From contig JAXDQS010000001.1 of NCBI GenBank assembly GCA_034667725.1, positions 1-64,000 of the forward strand: a stretch of 64,000 bases of DNA, in the 5' to 3' direction. Positions 18,124 through 27,561 of this stretch are shown one piece after another (position 1 is the first letter of the stretch; each line of letters begins with the position of its first letter). The translations under genes and the position numbers were made by a program. Below the pieces are notes generated by a model that saw only the letters and a program-made list of their open reading frames with translations, did no database searches and was not told the origin of the DNA. This stretch comes from Thermoplasmata archaeon. Its GTDB lineage: Archaea > Thermoplasmatota > E2 > JACPAO01 > JAHFTW01.

Positions 18124-19028
18124 AGGCGAAGCCGAAGCCGGAGCCGCGCGACGGCACGCCGCCGCCCACCGAGGCGACCCGCGTCTTCCTGCGCTGGTTC
18201 GGCGGCCTCGCGGGCAAGCACCTCGCCAAGCACCCGCAGCTCGGCGTCAAGCTGCTGAAGGCCCGCAACCCGCTGGTGCCGCGCGCCTACCTCGCCGCCA
18301 CCTACGGCCACATGGCCACCGCGTTCGCCGGCGGCCTGGTGCCGCTGCTGCTCTATGCCCTCGTGTCCGGCGGCCGGATGGACGTCCGCCTCGCCGTCCC
18401 GTTCGCGGCCCTCCCGTTCCTGCTGGCCATCATGGTGTACAGCTTCGACCTGCTGCGCCCCGACCTGGAGATCACGAGCCGCAAGCGCAACCTGGAGCAG
18501 AGCCTGCCGTACGCGCTCAACTTCATGGCGAGCATGGCCGCGGCCGGCGTCGTGGCGGTGGAGATCTTCGGCTCGCTGGCCCAGCAGAAAGTGTACGGCG
18601 AGGTCGCGAAGGAGGCCGCGTGGATCTACCGCGACGTCCGCCTGTTCAGCAAGGACCTGGTCACCGTCCTCCAGGAGGCCGCGCGCCGCAGCCCGAGCCA
18701 GCAGTTCGAGGAGTTCCTGCAAGGCAGCGTCAACACCATCACCTCCGGCGGCGACCTCAAGCTCTACCTGCTTGCCAAGTCGGAGCAGTTCACCCAGGAG
18801 AACCGCCGCAAGCAGAAGGCGTTCCTGGAGTCGCTCGGCGTCATGGCCGAGTCCTACGTCGTCGTCGCCGCCGCGGCCCCGCTGTTCTTGATCGTCATCC
18901 TCAGCGTCATGGGCCTCTTGTCCAAAGGCGTCGACCCGACCCTGATGCTCAACGTCCTCATCCTGGTGGCGCTGCCGACCATCCACGCCTCGTTCTCGTT
19001 CGTCCTGCGCAGCCTGAGGCCCGACTGA
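18120..19028 (+). CDS. Pilus platform membrane protein (T2SS F / TadC / FlaJ-like)
   Basis: LPYALNFMASMAAAG, YGEVAKE, SPSQQFEEFL..SGGDL, LGVMAESY; GTGA overlap. Confidence 0.9.
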   Translation: MKAKPKPEPRDGTPPPTEATRVFLRWFGGLAGKHLAKHPQLGVKLLKARNPLVPRAYLAATYGHMATAFAGGLVPLLLYALVSGGRMDVRLAVPFAALPFLLAIMVYSFDLLRPDLEITSRKRNLEQSLPYALNFMASMAAAGVVAVEIFGSLAQQKVYGEVAKEAAWIYRDVRLFSKDLVTVLQEAARRSPSQQFEEFLQGSVNTITSGGDLKLYLLAKSEQFTQENRRKQKAFLESLGVMAESYVVVAAAAPLFLIVILSVMGLLSKGVDPTLMLNVLILVALPTIHASFSFVLRSLRPD

Positions 19029-20830
19029 TGGAGCGCTTCCGCCGCGTGCTGTGGACCCTGGTCGCCGCCGCGGCCGCCGCCGGCGTGGCCGCCGCCGCCA
19101 GCCCCGGCCTGCCGCGCCGCCTCGGCCTCCTGCTGCTGCTCGCCATCGGCCTCGGCCTGGCCTGGCTGGCGGCCAGCCGCAAGGCCGTGCCCGACGCCAA
19201 GCATGTGCTGGGCGGCGCCGGCTATGGCGCCCCGAGGTCGCGCCGCGTCGGCCTGCTGCACGCCGCCATCACGGTCCTCTACAACGCCGGCATCGTGGTC
19301 GTCGTCCTAGCCACCCTCGCCCGCCTCGGCGCCGTCGAGGCCGCGTTCCCGCCCGGCGTGCTGGCCGCGTTCCCGCTCGCCCTGGCCGGCTTCGTCGTCC
19401 TCCTGGCCCTCGCCGCCAAGTGGCGGGTCGAGGAGCGCGGCGGCGCGGTGCACGCCTGGTTCACGCGGCTGCACGCCTGGGTCCTCGGCGCCCTCGCAGC
19501 CCCCGTCGCCCTCCTGGGCCTCGCGCTGCTGGCGCGGCCCGCCGTGCGGCTCCCGGTGGTGGGCGAGCTGGGCGAGGCCGACCTCAGCGTCCTGGTGCTG
19601 GTGGCGCTCCTCGGGGTCGCGACCCACCTGTTCCTCACCGTGCAGCTGCCCACGGTGATGGACCTCTACCTCGGCGCCCGCCGCAGCCTGCGCCGCCGCC
19701 GCGAGGGCGCGCCCACGGGCACGCCGCCGGTCGTGTACGCGGCGCTCTTGGCCCTCGGCGCCACGGCGGCCCTCGGGTTCCTGCTCTGGCAGCTCAACGT
19801 CCCCGCCCAGCTGGGCAACTTCCGCGACCAGCGCGTGGCGCTGCTCCTGATCCTGTTCCCGATCGGCGTCGCGGCGTTCCTCGGCGTGTCCGCGCTCCAG
19901 ATCATGCGCGAGTCGCGCCGCGGCCTCTACAAGAAGAAGGTCCCGCTCCAGGTCCGCAACGCCATCGTCGTCTACGGCCTCGCCGCCGTCGCCGGCCTCG
20001 CCTGCGCCGTGCTCCTGGGCATGGTGCTCACCGGCAGCATCGACAGCGTCGGCCCGCTGCCCGCCGACCTCGACACCGCCAAGGACCTCATCATGCTCGC
20101 AGTGCTCCTGACCGCGGCGCCCATCGGCCTGTTCCTCCAGCGCCAGAACCGCCGCGTCGACGACATCGAGAGCCGCCTGCCCGACTTCCTCAACGACCTC
20201 GCCGAGTCGCGCCGCGCCGGCCTCACCCTCGCCGCCTCCCTCCAGAGCACCGCCTTGGCCGACTACGGCGGCCTCACGCCCGAGATCCGCAAGATGGCCA
20301 ACCAGGTGTCGTGGGGGCTCGCGTTCAACGACGCCTTGGAGCAGTTCGCCGCCCGCGTCAAGACCAACCTGGTGGCGCGCAGCACCAGCCTCGTCATCGA
20401 GGCCTCGCGCACCGGCGGCTCGGTGGCGGAGATCCTCAAGGCCGCCGCCAAGGACGCCTACGAGATCCGGGCCCTCACCCAGGAGCGCCGCGTCTCGATG
20501 CTCAACTACCTCCTGGTCATCTACGTCGTGTTCTTCGTCTTCATGGGCGTCATCGCCGTGCTCGACAGCCAGTTCATCCCGCACGTGCTGGCCGCCAACA
20601 AGGCCGTCGGCGAGACCGCGGCCGCCGGCAGCAGCCCCGTCGGCGGCGGGCCCACCATCGACGAGGGGGCGCTCCGCTTCACCTACTACATGGCCGCCGT
20701 CGTGCAGGCCATCGGCAACGGCATCGTGGCCGGCATCCTGTCCGAGGGCCGCGTCACCGCCGGGCTGCGGCACGTGGCCATCATGACGGTGGTGGCCTGG
20801 CTGGTGTTCCGGTTCCTGCTGGCGTTCTGA
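19028..20830 (+). CDS. Second pilus platform protein (T2SS F) with long multi-TM N-terminal extension
   Basis: IESRLPDFLNDLAES..AGLTL, DYGGLTPEI..QVSWG, EASRTGG, GLRH; about 10 hydrophobic segments before the F domain. Confidence 0.88.
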   Translation: MERFRRVLWTLVAAAAAAGVAAAASPGLPRRLGLLLLLAIGLGLAWLAASRKAVPDAKHVLGGAGYGAPRSRRVGLLHAAITVLYNAGIVVVVLATLARLGAVEAAFPPGVLAAFPLALAGFVVLLALAAKWRVEERGGAVHAWFTRLHAWVLGALAAPVALLGLALLARPAVRLPVVGELGEADLSVLVLVALLGVATHLFLTVQLPTVMDLYLGARRSLRRRREGAPTGTPPVVYAALLALGATAALGFLLWQLNVPAQLGNFRDQRVALLLILFPIGVAAFLGVSALQIMRESRRGLYKKKVPLQVRNAIVVYGLAAVAGLACAVLLGMVLTGSIDSVGPLPADLDTAKDLIMLAVLLTAAPIGLFLQRQNRRVDDIESRLPDFLNDLAESRRAGLTLAASLQSTALADYGGLTPEIRKMANQVSWGLAFNDALEQFAARVKTNLVARSTSLVIEASRTGGSVAEILKAAAKDAYEIRALTQERRVSMLNYLLVIYVVFFVFMGVIAVLDSQFIPHVLAANKAVGETAAAGSSPVGGGPTIDEGALRFTYYMAAVVQAIGNGIVAGILSEGRVTAGLRHVAIMTVVAWLVFRFLLAF

Positions 20831-20885
20831 CCTCGGGACGGGCGGTGAACCTTATGGCCCCCGCCCGGAGTGGGATGGCGTGGCC

Positions 20886-21341
20886 ATGGACCCCAAGGAG
20901 GGCAGGAAGGCGGTCCTGCTTGCCAGCGGCCTGGCCGCCCTCCTGGCGGGCGCCGGCCTGCTGCTGTACGGCCTGGCCCCCGCCGAGGCCATGCTCGACC
21001 TGTTCGGGGACTTCAAGAACGTCCAGCCCGACAGCATCCAGAACATGATGGACGAGCTGGGCGCCCGCGTCTGGTTGGACGCCCTCGGCGCCGCCCTCCT
21101 GGTCGCCGGCATCGTCGTGGCCAAGGTCGCCCTCAAGCCGCCCAAGCCCAAGTCCATCGAGGAGCAGGTCAACGAGGCGGTCGAGGCGCGCCTGGCCGCC
21201 ATGCCCAAGCCCACCCCGGTGGACGTTCCCCCGCCCGCCCCAAAAGCGCCGCCCTTGCCCCCTGCCGGCCCCCGTTGCCCGAAGTGCGGCCGCCTCAAGA
21301 TCGCCGGCGGCAAGCTGTGCCGCCAGTGCGACATGGCCTGA
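20886..21341 (+). CDS. Two-TM membrane protein with C-terminal zinc ribbon
   Basis: Two hydrophobic segments, Pro-rich linker, CPKCG...LCRQC. Confidence 0.7.
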   Translation: MDPKEGRKAVLLASGLAALLAGAGLLLYGLAPAEAMLDLFGDFKNVQPDSIQNMMDELGARVWLDALGAALLVAGIVVAKVALKPPKPKSIEEQVNEAVEARLAAMPKPTPVDVPPPAPKAPPLPPAGPRCPKCGRLKIAGGKLCRQCDMA

Positions 21342-21380
21342 CAAGCAAGCCTATGGCCTAGGGCGGCGGTTCCAGCCCCC

Positions 21381-22649
21381 GTGCCGGAGCCCGAGCGCAA
21401 GGTCCGCGACGAGCGCGAGGAGCGCGCCTGGCAGAAGGCCGCCGAGCTGCGCGCCAAGCTCGAGCGCAAGCGCCAGGAGGACGCCGACAAGGAGCGGCAG
21501 CGCCTCGCCGAGGCCGACGCCGCGCGGCTGGAGCGCGAGCGCCAAGCCCGCGCCGAGGACGAGGCCCGCCAGGCCGCCGAGCGCGCCGGGCAGGAGCGCC
21601 TGCGCAAGGAGCGCGACGCCGCGCAAGCCGAGGCCGAGCGCGTCGAGCGCGAGCGCCGGGCCGCGGAGGCGCGGGAGGCCGAACGGCTCGCCCAGGAGGC
21701 CCAGCGCGCCGAGGCCGCGCGCCTGGCCGCCGAGGAGGTCCGCCGCAAGGCCGAGCTGGAGAAGCAGAAGGCCGCGCGCGACGCCGCCGCCCGCGCCGCC
21801 GCCGAGGCGCGCGAGGCGGAGCGGCTCGACCGCGAACGGCGCCGCGCAGAGGAGCTCGCCCGCCAGGAGGTTGCCAAGCAGGAGGCCGCCCGCCGCAAGG
21901 AGGAGCTGCGGCTTGCCCAGGAGGCCGAGAAGGAGGCCGCCAAGGCCGCCCTCGCCAAGGCCCGCGCCGACGCCGAGGCCGCCCGCCAGGCCGAGGTGGC
22001 CCGCCGCGCCGCCGAGGCGGAGCGCAAGGCCGCCGAGCAGCGCGAGCGCGAGGAGCGGCAGCGCCTGGCCGCTATTGCCGCCGCCCAGGAAACGCAGGCC
22101 GAGAAGGCCAAGGTCGACCGGTCCGCCGAGGCGGCCCGCCTAGACGCCGCCCAGCAGCAGGAGAAGGAGCGCCAGGCCCGCGCCGCCGCCCGCCAGGACC
22201 AGGAGCGCCGCCGCGAGGCCGAACGCGCCGCGGAGCGCGAGCGCCGGGTCGTCGAGGCGCGCGAGCGCGAGGCCGCCAAGGCCAAGGCCGAGCAGGCCGC
22301 GCAAGGGGAGCGGCTACGCCACGAGGCCGAGCGCAAGCAGGCCGAGGAGGCGTCGGCCGCCGCCCGCAAGAAGCAGGAGGCCGCGGCGCGCAAGCAGTGG
22401 GAGTCGGAGCGCAAGTCCGCGGAGGCGGCGGCCGAGAAGACGCGGCAGGAGGCCCGCGAGCGCGAGGCCCGGCTGCGCGAGATGGCCGCGGCGCTGCAGC
22501 CGGCCGAGGTGCTGGACCCGCAGCCGCCCAAGGCGCCGGGCGCCAGGACGACGGCGAAGCCCGGCGAGGTCCGGGCCCGGTGCAAGGCGTGCGGGCATCT
22601 CGAGGAACGCAAGGCCGCGTTCTGCTCGGTGTGCTCGGCGCCGCTTTGA
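21381..22649 (+). CDS. Long Ala/Glu/Arg-rich alpha-helical protein with C-terminal zinc ribbon
   Basis: About 370 aa of E/R/A/K/Q without Pro, then CKACG...FCSVC. Confidence 0.75.
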   Translation: MPEPERKVRDEREERAWQKAAELRAKLERKRQEDADKERQRLAEADAARLERERQARAEDEARQAAERAGQERLRKERDAAQAEAERVERERRAAEAREAERLAQEAQRAEAARLAAEEVRRKAELEKQKAARDAAARAAAEAREAERLDRERRRAEELARQEVAKQEAARRKEELRLAQEAEKEAAKAALAKARADAEAARQAEVARRAAEAERKAAEQREREERQRLAAIAAAQETQAEKAKVDRSAEAARLDAAQQQEKERQARAAARQDQERRREAERAAERERRVVEAREREAAKAKAEQAAQGERLRHEAERKQAEEASAAARKKQEAAARKQWESERKSAEAAAEKTRQEAREREARLREMAAALQPAEVLDPQPPKAPGARTTAKPGEVRARCKACGHLEERKAAFCSVCSAPL

Positions 22650-22666
22650 CGGCGGCGGGCGTTGAG

Positions 22667-22750
22667 TGCAGGAGATCGGATTCGAACCGATGAACCACGA
22701 AGGACTAGCCCCTCAAGCTAGCGCCGTTGGCCAAGCTTGGCAACTCCTGC
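22667..22750 (-). tRNA. tRNA-Leu(GAG)
   Basis: Reverse complement GCAGGAG...CTAGC TT GAG GG GCTAG, long variable arm, ATCGG TTCGAAT CCGAT, CTCCTGC A; no CCA. Confidence 0.96.
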
Positions 22751-22793
22751 GGTTGGCGGATGGGGAAAAGGGCGACCGGGGGTCCGGCCTGAG

Positions 22794-22875
22794 CGCGGGG
22801 GGTGAGATTCGAACTCACGCGGGAAATCCCACCGCCTTAGCAGGGCGGCGCGCTACCGGGCTATGCGACCCCCGC
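22794..22875 (-). tRNA. tRNA-Ser(GCT)
   Basis: Reverse complement GCGGGGG...CCGCC CT GCT AA GGCGG, variable arm GGGATTTCCC, GTGAG TTCGAAT CTCAC, CCCCCGC G; no CCA. Confidence 0.96.
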
Positions 22876-23176
22876 AGGGTTCGGCGGGGTCTAGCCCGCC
22901 TGTCGTCGCGACTTGGGCGTCCCTTTTGAACGGTTCGGTGGGGCGGGAGCGGACGGGGGCGGCCGTTTTTGACCGGGCAATCGGCAGCCATAGGATACGC
23001 TGGACGGTGAAGACGCGCGGCACCATGCCTTGGACCTTGTCGGGTGGTCCAAGGCCTCCGCAAGCACGCCGTCCACCTCGTGGGCGACGGCAACCTGGTC
23101 CGTGACCCCATCGCCTGGGCCGCTGGCGGATGAGGTTCCCAGCAGGCTTACGGCGACCTGCCCGGTGGCCGGCTTG

Positions 23177-25516
23177 GTGGACCCCCCGAACCGCCCGGAG
23201 CCTGGCACTGCGCCGCCCGAGGCCGAAGGGGAGGTCCGCCTGGCCCGCGAGATCACGCTCGTGGACGCCACCATGATGGGGGTTGGCGCGCTGATGGGCG
23301 GCGGCGTGTTCGTGCTCTTGGGCCTCGCCACGGCCCAGGCCGGGCCGGCGGTGCTGCTGGCGCTGTTCCTCAACGGCTTCATCACGATTCCGACGCTCCT
23401 GGTGTACGCGGAGCTGGGGTCGGCGTCCGACGACGCCGGCGGCGGCTACCTCTGGGTCAAGCAGGGCCTGGGGCAGCCGTTCGGGTTCCTGGGCGGCTGG
23501 CTGTCCTGGTTCAGCCACGTCATCGCGTGCGCCCTCTACTCGATCGCGTCGGCGGCGTTCATCGTGGTGCTGCTGGGCTTCGCGGGCTGGCTGCCGGAAG
23601 GGGGCATCGAGGAGCTGCGCCCCCTGGCCTTGACCATCGCGGCGCTGTTCATCTTCCTCAACTTCATCGGGGTCAAGATCGGCATCAAGGCCGAGAACGT
23701 CATCAACACCGTCGTCCTGGTGGCGGTGCTGGCGTTCATCGGCGTCGGCCTGTGGAAGGTGTCGCAGGCCCCCGACCTTGCCCAGTTCAACCTCTCGCCC
23801 TTCTGGCCGGCGGGCTCGTCCGCGGTCGTCAACCTCTCCAACGTGTTCCTGGCGATGGGCATCACGTTCATCGCGTTCGAGGGCTACGAGATCATCTCGC
23901 AGACGTCGGAGGAAATCCAGGACCCGCGCCGCAACATCCCGCGCGCCATCTGGTTCTCGTTCCTGATCGCCTGGGGCATCATGCTCCTGGTGACCTTCAT
24001 CGCGCTGGCGGCGACCTACAACCCGGACCCGACCCTCCAGAGCTGGCACTACCTCGGCGACCTGCACGAGCGCGCCCTCATCACCGCCGCCGGGGGCATC
24101 CTGCCCTACGGTGCCGTCCTCATCGCCGGCTGCGCCCTGCTGCTGCAGCTCACCGCGCTCAACGCCACCATCTACTCCTCCAGCCGGGTCAGCTTCGCCA
24201 TGGGCCGCGACGGCCAGCTGCCCCGCTTCTTCGGGCGGGTCCACCGCAAGCGCCGCACCCCGCACACCGCCGTCCTCGGCTCCGGCGTGCTGGTGCTGCT
24301 GATGGCGCTGTTGCCGATCCACCATGTCGCGGTGTCCGCCGACGTCATGTTCCTGCTGCTGTTCCTGCTGGTCAACCTGAGCTACATCAAGCTCCGCAAG
24401 GTCATCCCGCAGGAGAAGTTCGGCTTCAAGGCGCCGTTCTTCCCGTACATCCCGATCATCGGGATCTTCACCAAGTTCTTCCTGGCCATCTACCTCTGGA
24501 AATACTCGCAGGTGGCCTGGTACGTCACCGGGCTGTGGATCGCGCTCGGGCTGGTGTTCTACTACCTGTGGGTGCGGCGCCGCGAGGCCGCCGTCCCGGT
24601 CCCCATCGTGCCGCTGGCGGCACCGCTGCCGATGGCGCCCGGCCGCACCCGCAAGGCGTTCCGCGTCGTCGTCCTCTTGTCCAGCCCCGCCCCGAGCACG
24701 GCGCGCGCGCTGGCCCGCACCGCGGCCACCGTCGCCGAGGCGCTCGACGGCGAGGTCGTCCTCCTCCAGCCGGTGGTGGTGCCCGAGTTGACGCCGCTCA
24801 CGGAGGGCCAGCGGTTCTACAAGGACCGGAGCCTCCTCCAGCAGGCGCGGGCCGCCGTCGGGTCCACGGTGCCCGCGACGACGGTGGTGCGCATCGGCCA
24901 CAACCTCGACGCCCTGGTGCGCGAGACGGTGCGCGAGGAGGGCGCCAGCCTGCTCCTGATGAGCGGCCAGGCGCGCGCCACCGTCGGCCAGCCCACCAGC
25001 CCGCTGCTGGCGTACCCACCGTGCGACGTGGCGGTGCTGCGGCTGAAGAAGCCCGACGTGACGGCCGAGAACGTCCTGGTCACGGCCTACTCCGGCCCGC
25101 ACGCCCCGCTCGGCATCCGGCTGGGCACCGCGCTGGCCCGCGCCTCCAAGGGCAAGCTGCTGCTGTACCACGCCACCGGGCCGGAGGAGAACGTCGAGGC
25201 CGCCGAGGCCCGCGGGCAGGCGCTCCTGGCCCAGAACGCGGTGCCGGGTTCCATGACGGGGCTGCGCACCGAGCCAGGCCCCGCCGTCCGCAAGGTGCTC
25301 GACCAGTCGCGCGGCCATGACCTCGTGGTCGTCGGCGCCAGCGCCATGCCCAAGTGGTGGCGCAAGGGTGTCCTGGGCCCCCGGACGCAGGAGATCACCG
25401 ACCGGGTGGCCGGCAACGTGCTCATCGTCCGCAGCGGCCAAGGCATGGGCGGGCCGGGCGGCAACTGGCTGGGGCGGCGGCTGATGCAGGTCCGGCGGTA
25501 TTTCCAGGCCGACTAG
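23177..25516 (+). CDS. APC-family amino acid permease fused to two USP-like domains (start uncertain)
   Basis: GVGALMGGGVF, YAELGS..GGGY, FIAFEGYE..SEEIQDPRRNIPRA, SSRVSFAMGRDG; C-terminal SGPHA and HDLVVVGA USP-like motifs. Confidence 0.88.
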   Translation: MDPPNRPEPGTAPPEAEGEVRLAREITLVDATMMGVGALMGGGVFVLLGLATAQAGPAVLLALFLNGFITIPTLLVYAELGSASDDAGGGYLWVKQGLGQPFGFLGGWLSWFSHVIACALYSIASAAFIVVLLGFAGWLPEGGIEELRPLALTIAALFIFLNFIGVKIGIKAENVINTVVLVAVLAFIGVGLWKVSQAPDLAQFNLSPFWPAGSSAVVNLSNVFLAMGITFIAFEGYEIISQTSEEIQDPRRNIPRAIWFSFLIAWGIMLLVTFIALAATYNPDPTLQSWHYLGDLHERALITAAGGILPYGAVLIAGCALLLQLTALNATIYSSSRVSFAMGRDGQLPRFFGRVHRKRRTPHTAVLGSGVLVLLMALLPIHHVAVSADVMFLLLFLLVNLSYIKLRKVIPQEKFGFKAPFFPYIPIIGIFTKFFLAIYLWKYSQVAWYVTGLWIALGLVFYYLWVRRREAAVPVPIVPLAAPLPMAPGRTRKAFRVVVLLSSPAPSTARALARTAATVAEALDGEVVLLQPVVVPELTPLTEGQRFYKDRSLLQQARAAVGSTVPATTVVRIGHNLDALVRETVREEGASLLLMSGQARATVGQPTSPLLAYPPCDVAVLRLKKPDVTAENVLVTAYSGPHAPLGIRLGTALARASKGKLLLYHATGPEENVEAAEARGQALLAQNAVPGSMTGLRTEPGPAVRKVLDQSRGHDLVVVGASAMPKWWRKGVLGPRTQEITDRVAGNVLIVRSGQGMGGPGGNWLGRRLMQVRRYFQAD

Positions 25517-25726
25517 CCCGTTTTCCAGTGGAAGCCAAGGTCAGGCCATGGCGATGCTTGCAGGTCGGCTTTTGATCACATGCGGCACAAATGCTTGCCC
25601 CTCCCGTTTGCGTGGGTTAAGCAAGGCCTGTTCCAGGCCCCCTTGGCGGCCGGTTTTTCGGGAATTTGTCCAGCCGCTTTTGGGCTCGCTTGGACCCTGT
25701 TCATTCAACCCATTGTCGCGTAGCAA

Positions 25727-25756
25727 CTCGAAGGCGCAATTCCTTCGAGCTTTTTT
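25727..25756 (+). terminator. Hairpin followed by T-run
   Basis: CTCGAAGG-CGCAATT-CCTTCGAG then CTTTTTT. Confidence 0.5.
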
Positions 25757-25774
25757 GACGTCAAGATATATATC
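25755..25774 (+). promoter_or_regulatory. TATA box with adjacent upstream palindrome
   Basis: TTGACGTCAA (25755-25764) then GATATATATC (25765-25774), about 26-35 nt before ATG 25800. Confidence 0.6.
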
Positions 25775-25799
25775 GAACGGTTTCGTTCCGACCCATGGG

Positions 25800-26153
25800 A
25801 TGCACAAAGACGAGCTGCTGCAGCTTCACAGCTTGCTCTGCCAGATGAAGCGATACTTCGAGGAGTGTGGGATGCCGTTGGTGGGGGAGTTCAAGGAATA
25901 CGATTCCTTGTCGGTCTCCCCCCAGCACATCCACAAGTCCAAGACCGACCACAAGCGCGCCGTCTTCCTCTTGGGGAAGGGGCTCTCCGAGGTCGTGATG
26001 CAGGGGAACCCGGACCACCAGGCCCGCCTGCGCGAGCGCTTCATCCGGCTGGCCACCGCCGCCACCGCGGACGACGACGAGGAGGAGGCGACCCTGCGCG
26101 ACCCGCGGGACCGCAACCTCCCGGCGTTCGCGCTGGCTGCGTTGAGCCACTGA
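25800..26153 (+). CDS. UPF0058 family protein
   Basis: MHKDELLQLH...YDSLSVSPQHIHKSKTDHKRAVFLLG. Confidence 0.92.
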   Translation: MHKDELLQLHSLLCQMKRYFEECGMPLVGEFKEYDSLSVSPQHIHKSKTDHKRAVFLLGKGLSEVVMQGNPDHQARLRERFIRLATAATADDDEEEATLRDPRDRNLPAFALAALSH

Positions 26154-26222
26154 GCAGACGCTGGGAACACTGCGGCCGACCACGCCAAAGGGGGCCTTGC
26201 CGCCCTACGCACCGACGGACGC

Positions 26223-26660
26223 CTACAAGGAGCGCTGCATCCGGATGGCGTCGCCGCCGTCCGAGTACACGTGCGTCTCGAGGCCGTCCGGGTAGAAGCC
26301 GTGCCGTCGGTAGAACGCCAGCGCGGCGCCGTCGTCCGCGCGCACTTCCAGGCGCAGCTTGAACGCCCCGGCGCGCGCCAGCTCCTGGCGCACGTTCGAC
26401 AGCAAGGCGGATCCGATGCCCTCGCCGCGGCGCTCGCGGTCCACCGCCAACGCCAGCAGGTGGCCCTCGCACTCCTTCTGGTCGGCCACGGCGAAGCCCA
26501 CGACCGCGTTGGTCGGGATGTCGCGGGCGATCAGGAAGGGGCCGCCCTTGCCCATCTGATGCTCGAGCCATGCGGGGTCGTAGCGTTCCCGCAGCGAGCG
26601 GAGCGCCAGGTTGGCCACCTGCCCCGCATCCGCCATCCGAATGGGTTCGACGACGAGCAT
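26223..26660 (-). CDS. GNAT N-acetyltransferase (RimI/Ard1-like)
   Basis: LAVDRERRGEGIGSALL, LEVRADD..ALAFYRRHGF, YSDGGDAIRM. Confidence 0.9.
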   Translation of the reverse strand: MLVVEPIRMADAGQVANLALRSLRERYDPAWLEHQMGKGGPFLIARDIPTNAVVGFAVADQKECEGHLLALAVDRERRGEGIGSALLSNVRQELARAGAFKLRLEVRADDGAALAFYRRHGFYPDGLETHVYSDGGDAIRMQRSL

Positions 26661-26717
26661 CCCTTTCGAATCCTCCTTCAACCTAGATAGGCCTTGGGGG
26701 CCCCTGTTCTTAACAGG

Positions 26718-27080
26718 TCAAGAGGCCATCTGAACATGTTCGATGAGCTTGCCGGCCTTGATGGCCTCCTGGGCGCGGCGCCGGTTGTCCTCCAGCGCGG
26801 GGGCGCCGACGTGGCGCGGGCTCACGAAGAAGTAGCAGGTGCGGCAGTCCTTGAGGCTGCAACGGGCGTCGATGAGGCCCTCGTCCTTGAGGCGCTTGAC
26901 CGCGAAGCGGATGGTGCGCGCCGGCATGCCCGTGGACTGGCGCAGGTCGGTGTGGGTCAGGGGGCCGCGCTCGCGCACGACGCCGAAGACCCGCTGGGCC
27001 GAGTCCGGCAATTTTCCAAGGGTGATGGGATCGACCTGCACCTGTTCTGCCGGGAAGCGCAGGAACTCGTACTCGGGCAT
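26718..27080 (-). CDS. Small winged-helix (MarR-like) transcription regulator
   Basis: LPDSAQRVF..GPLTHTDL..MPARTIRFAVKRLKDEGLI; wing RCSLKDCRTCYF. Confidence 0.85.
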   Translation of the reverse strand: MPEYEFLRFPAEQVQVDPITLGKLPDSAQRVFGVVRERGPLTHTDLRQSTGMPARTIRFAVKRLKDEGLIDARCSLKDCRTCYFFVSPRHVGAPALEDNRRRAQEAIKAGKLIEHVQMAS

Positions 27081-27126
27081 GAGGACCCGAACACCGCGGG
27101 TGGGGAAAAGCGCGTCGCAGCGTATC

Positions 27127-27510
27127 TCAAACGACGGTGGCCAACCGCACGATTTCCTCGCCGCCATCCCTGATGCGCAGCAGCCAGGTCCCCGCCGGAA
27201 GCTCCGAACGGAGGCCCAAAACCTGCCCAACGACCACGGTCCCCGCGGGCCGCTCCAAATAGAAGCCCGCGTGGTCCGCGCCCGAGGGGTCGAGCAATTC
27301 GACCGTCAAATCCTCCCAAGCGAGGTCGCCGCGCACCTGCGTCACCTGGAACGCCCGGCCGCCGTCGCGCTCCACCTGCTGCAACGCGAGCTCGGGGCCC
27401 GCGACATCCACGGCGGCGAAGAAGACGAAGGCCGTGGCTCCCGCGGCCACCAGCGCGATGACGACGATGACCGCCAACGGGGACGCCGCCAGCTCCCGGT
27501 CTCCCTGCAC
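27127..27510 (-). CDS. Small pilin-like protein
   Basis: DRELA|ASPLAVIVVIALV hydrophobic N-terminus; DLAWEDLTV resembles LVWGDVEI and LDWSEVRL of the pilins at 42.8-43.7 kb. Confidence 0.6.
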   Translation of the reverse strand: MQGDRELAASPLAVIVVIALVAAGATAFVFFAAVDVAGPELALQQVERDGGRAFQVTQVRGDLAWEDLTVELLDPSGADHAGFYLERPAGTVVVGQVLGLRSELPAGTWLLRIRDGGEEIVRLATVV

Positions 27511-27561
27511 GGCCGCCGCACCGGCCCGCGACGCTTAGATGTGGCGCCGCCTCGCCCGCCC

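Noticed and set aside
11789-20830. Archaellum operon
   Set aside because: No archaellin signature, no arlF/G/C/D/E, and two separate platform genes, which fits a pilus
21381-22500. DNA tandem repeat or TolA orthologue
   Set aside because: Repetitiveness reflects amino-acid low complexity; no fixed-period repeat and no TM anchor
22667-23176. Integrated element at the tRNA genes, or a gene remnant upstream of the permease (10-bp inverted repeat at 23027-23055; short coding-like frame GLRKHAVHLVGDGNLVRDPIAW)
   Set aside because: No integrase or duplicated tRNA 3' end seen; the fragment is too short to assign
23177-25516. APC-USP fusion (and the ACT-malic enzyme fusion at 53461) as novelties
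   Set aside because: Both are known architectures
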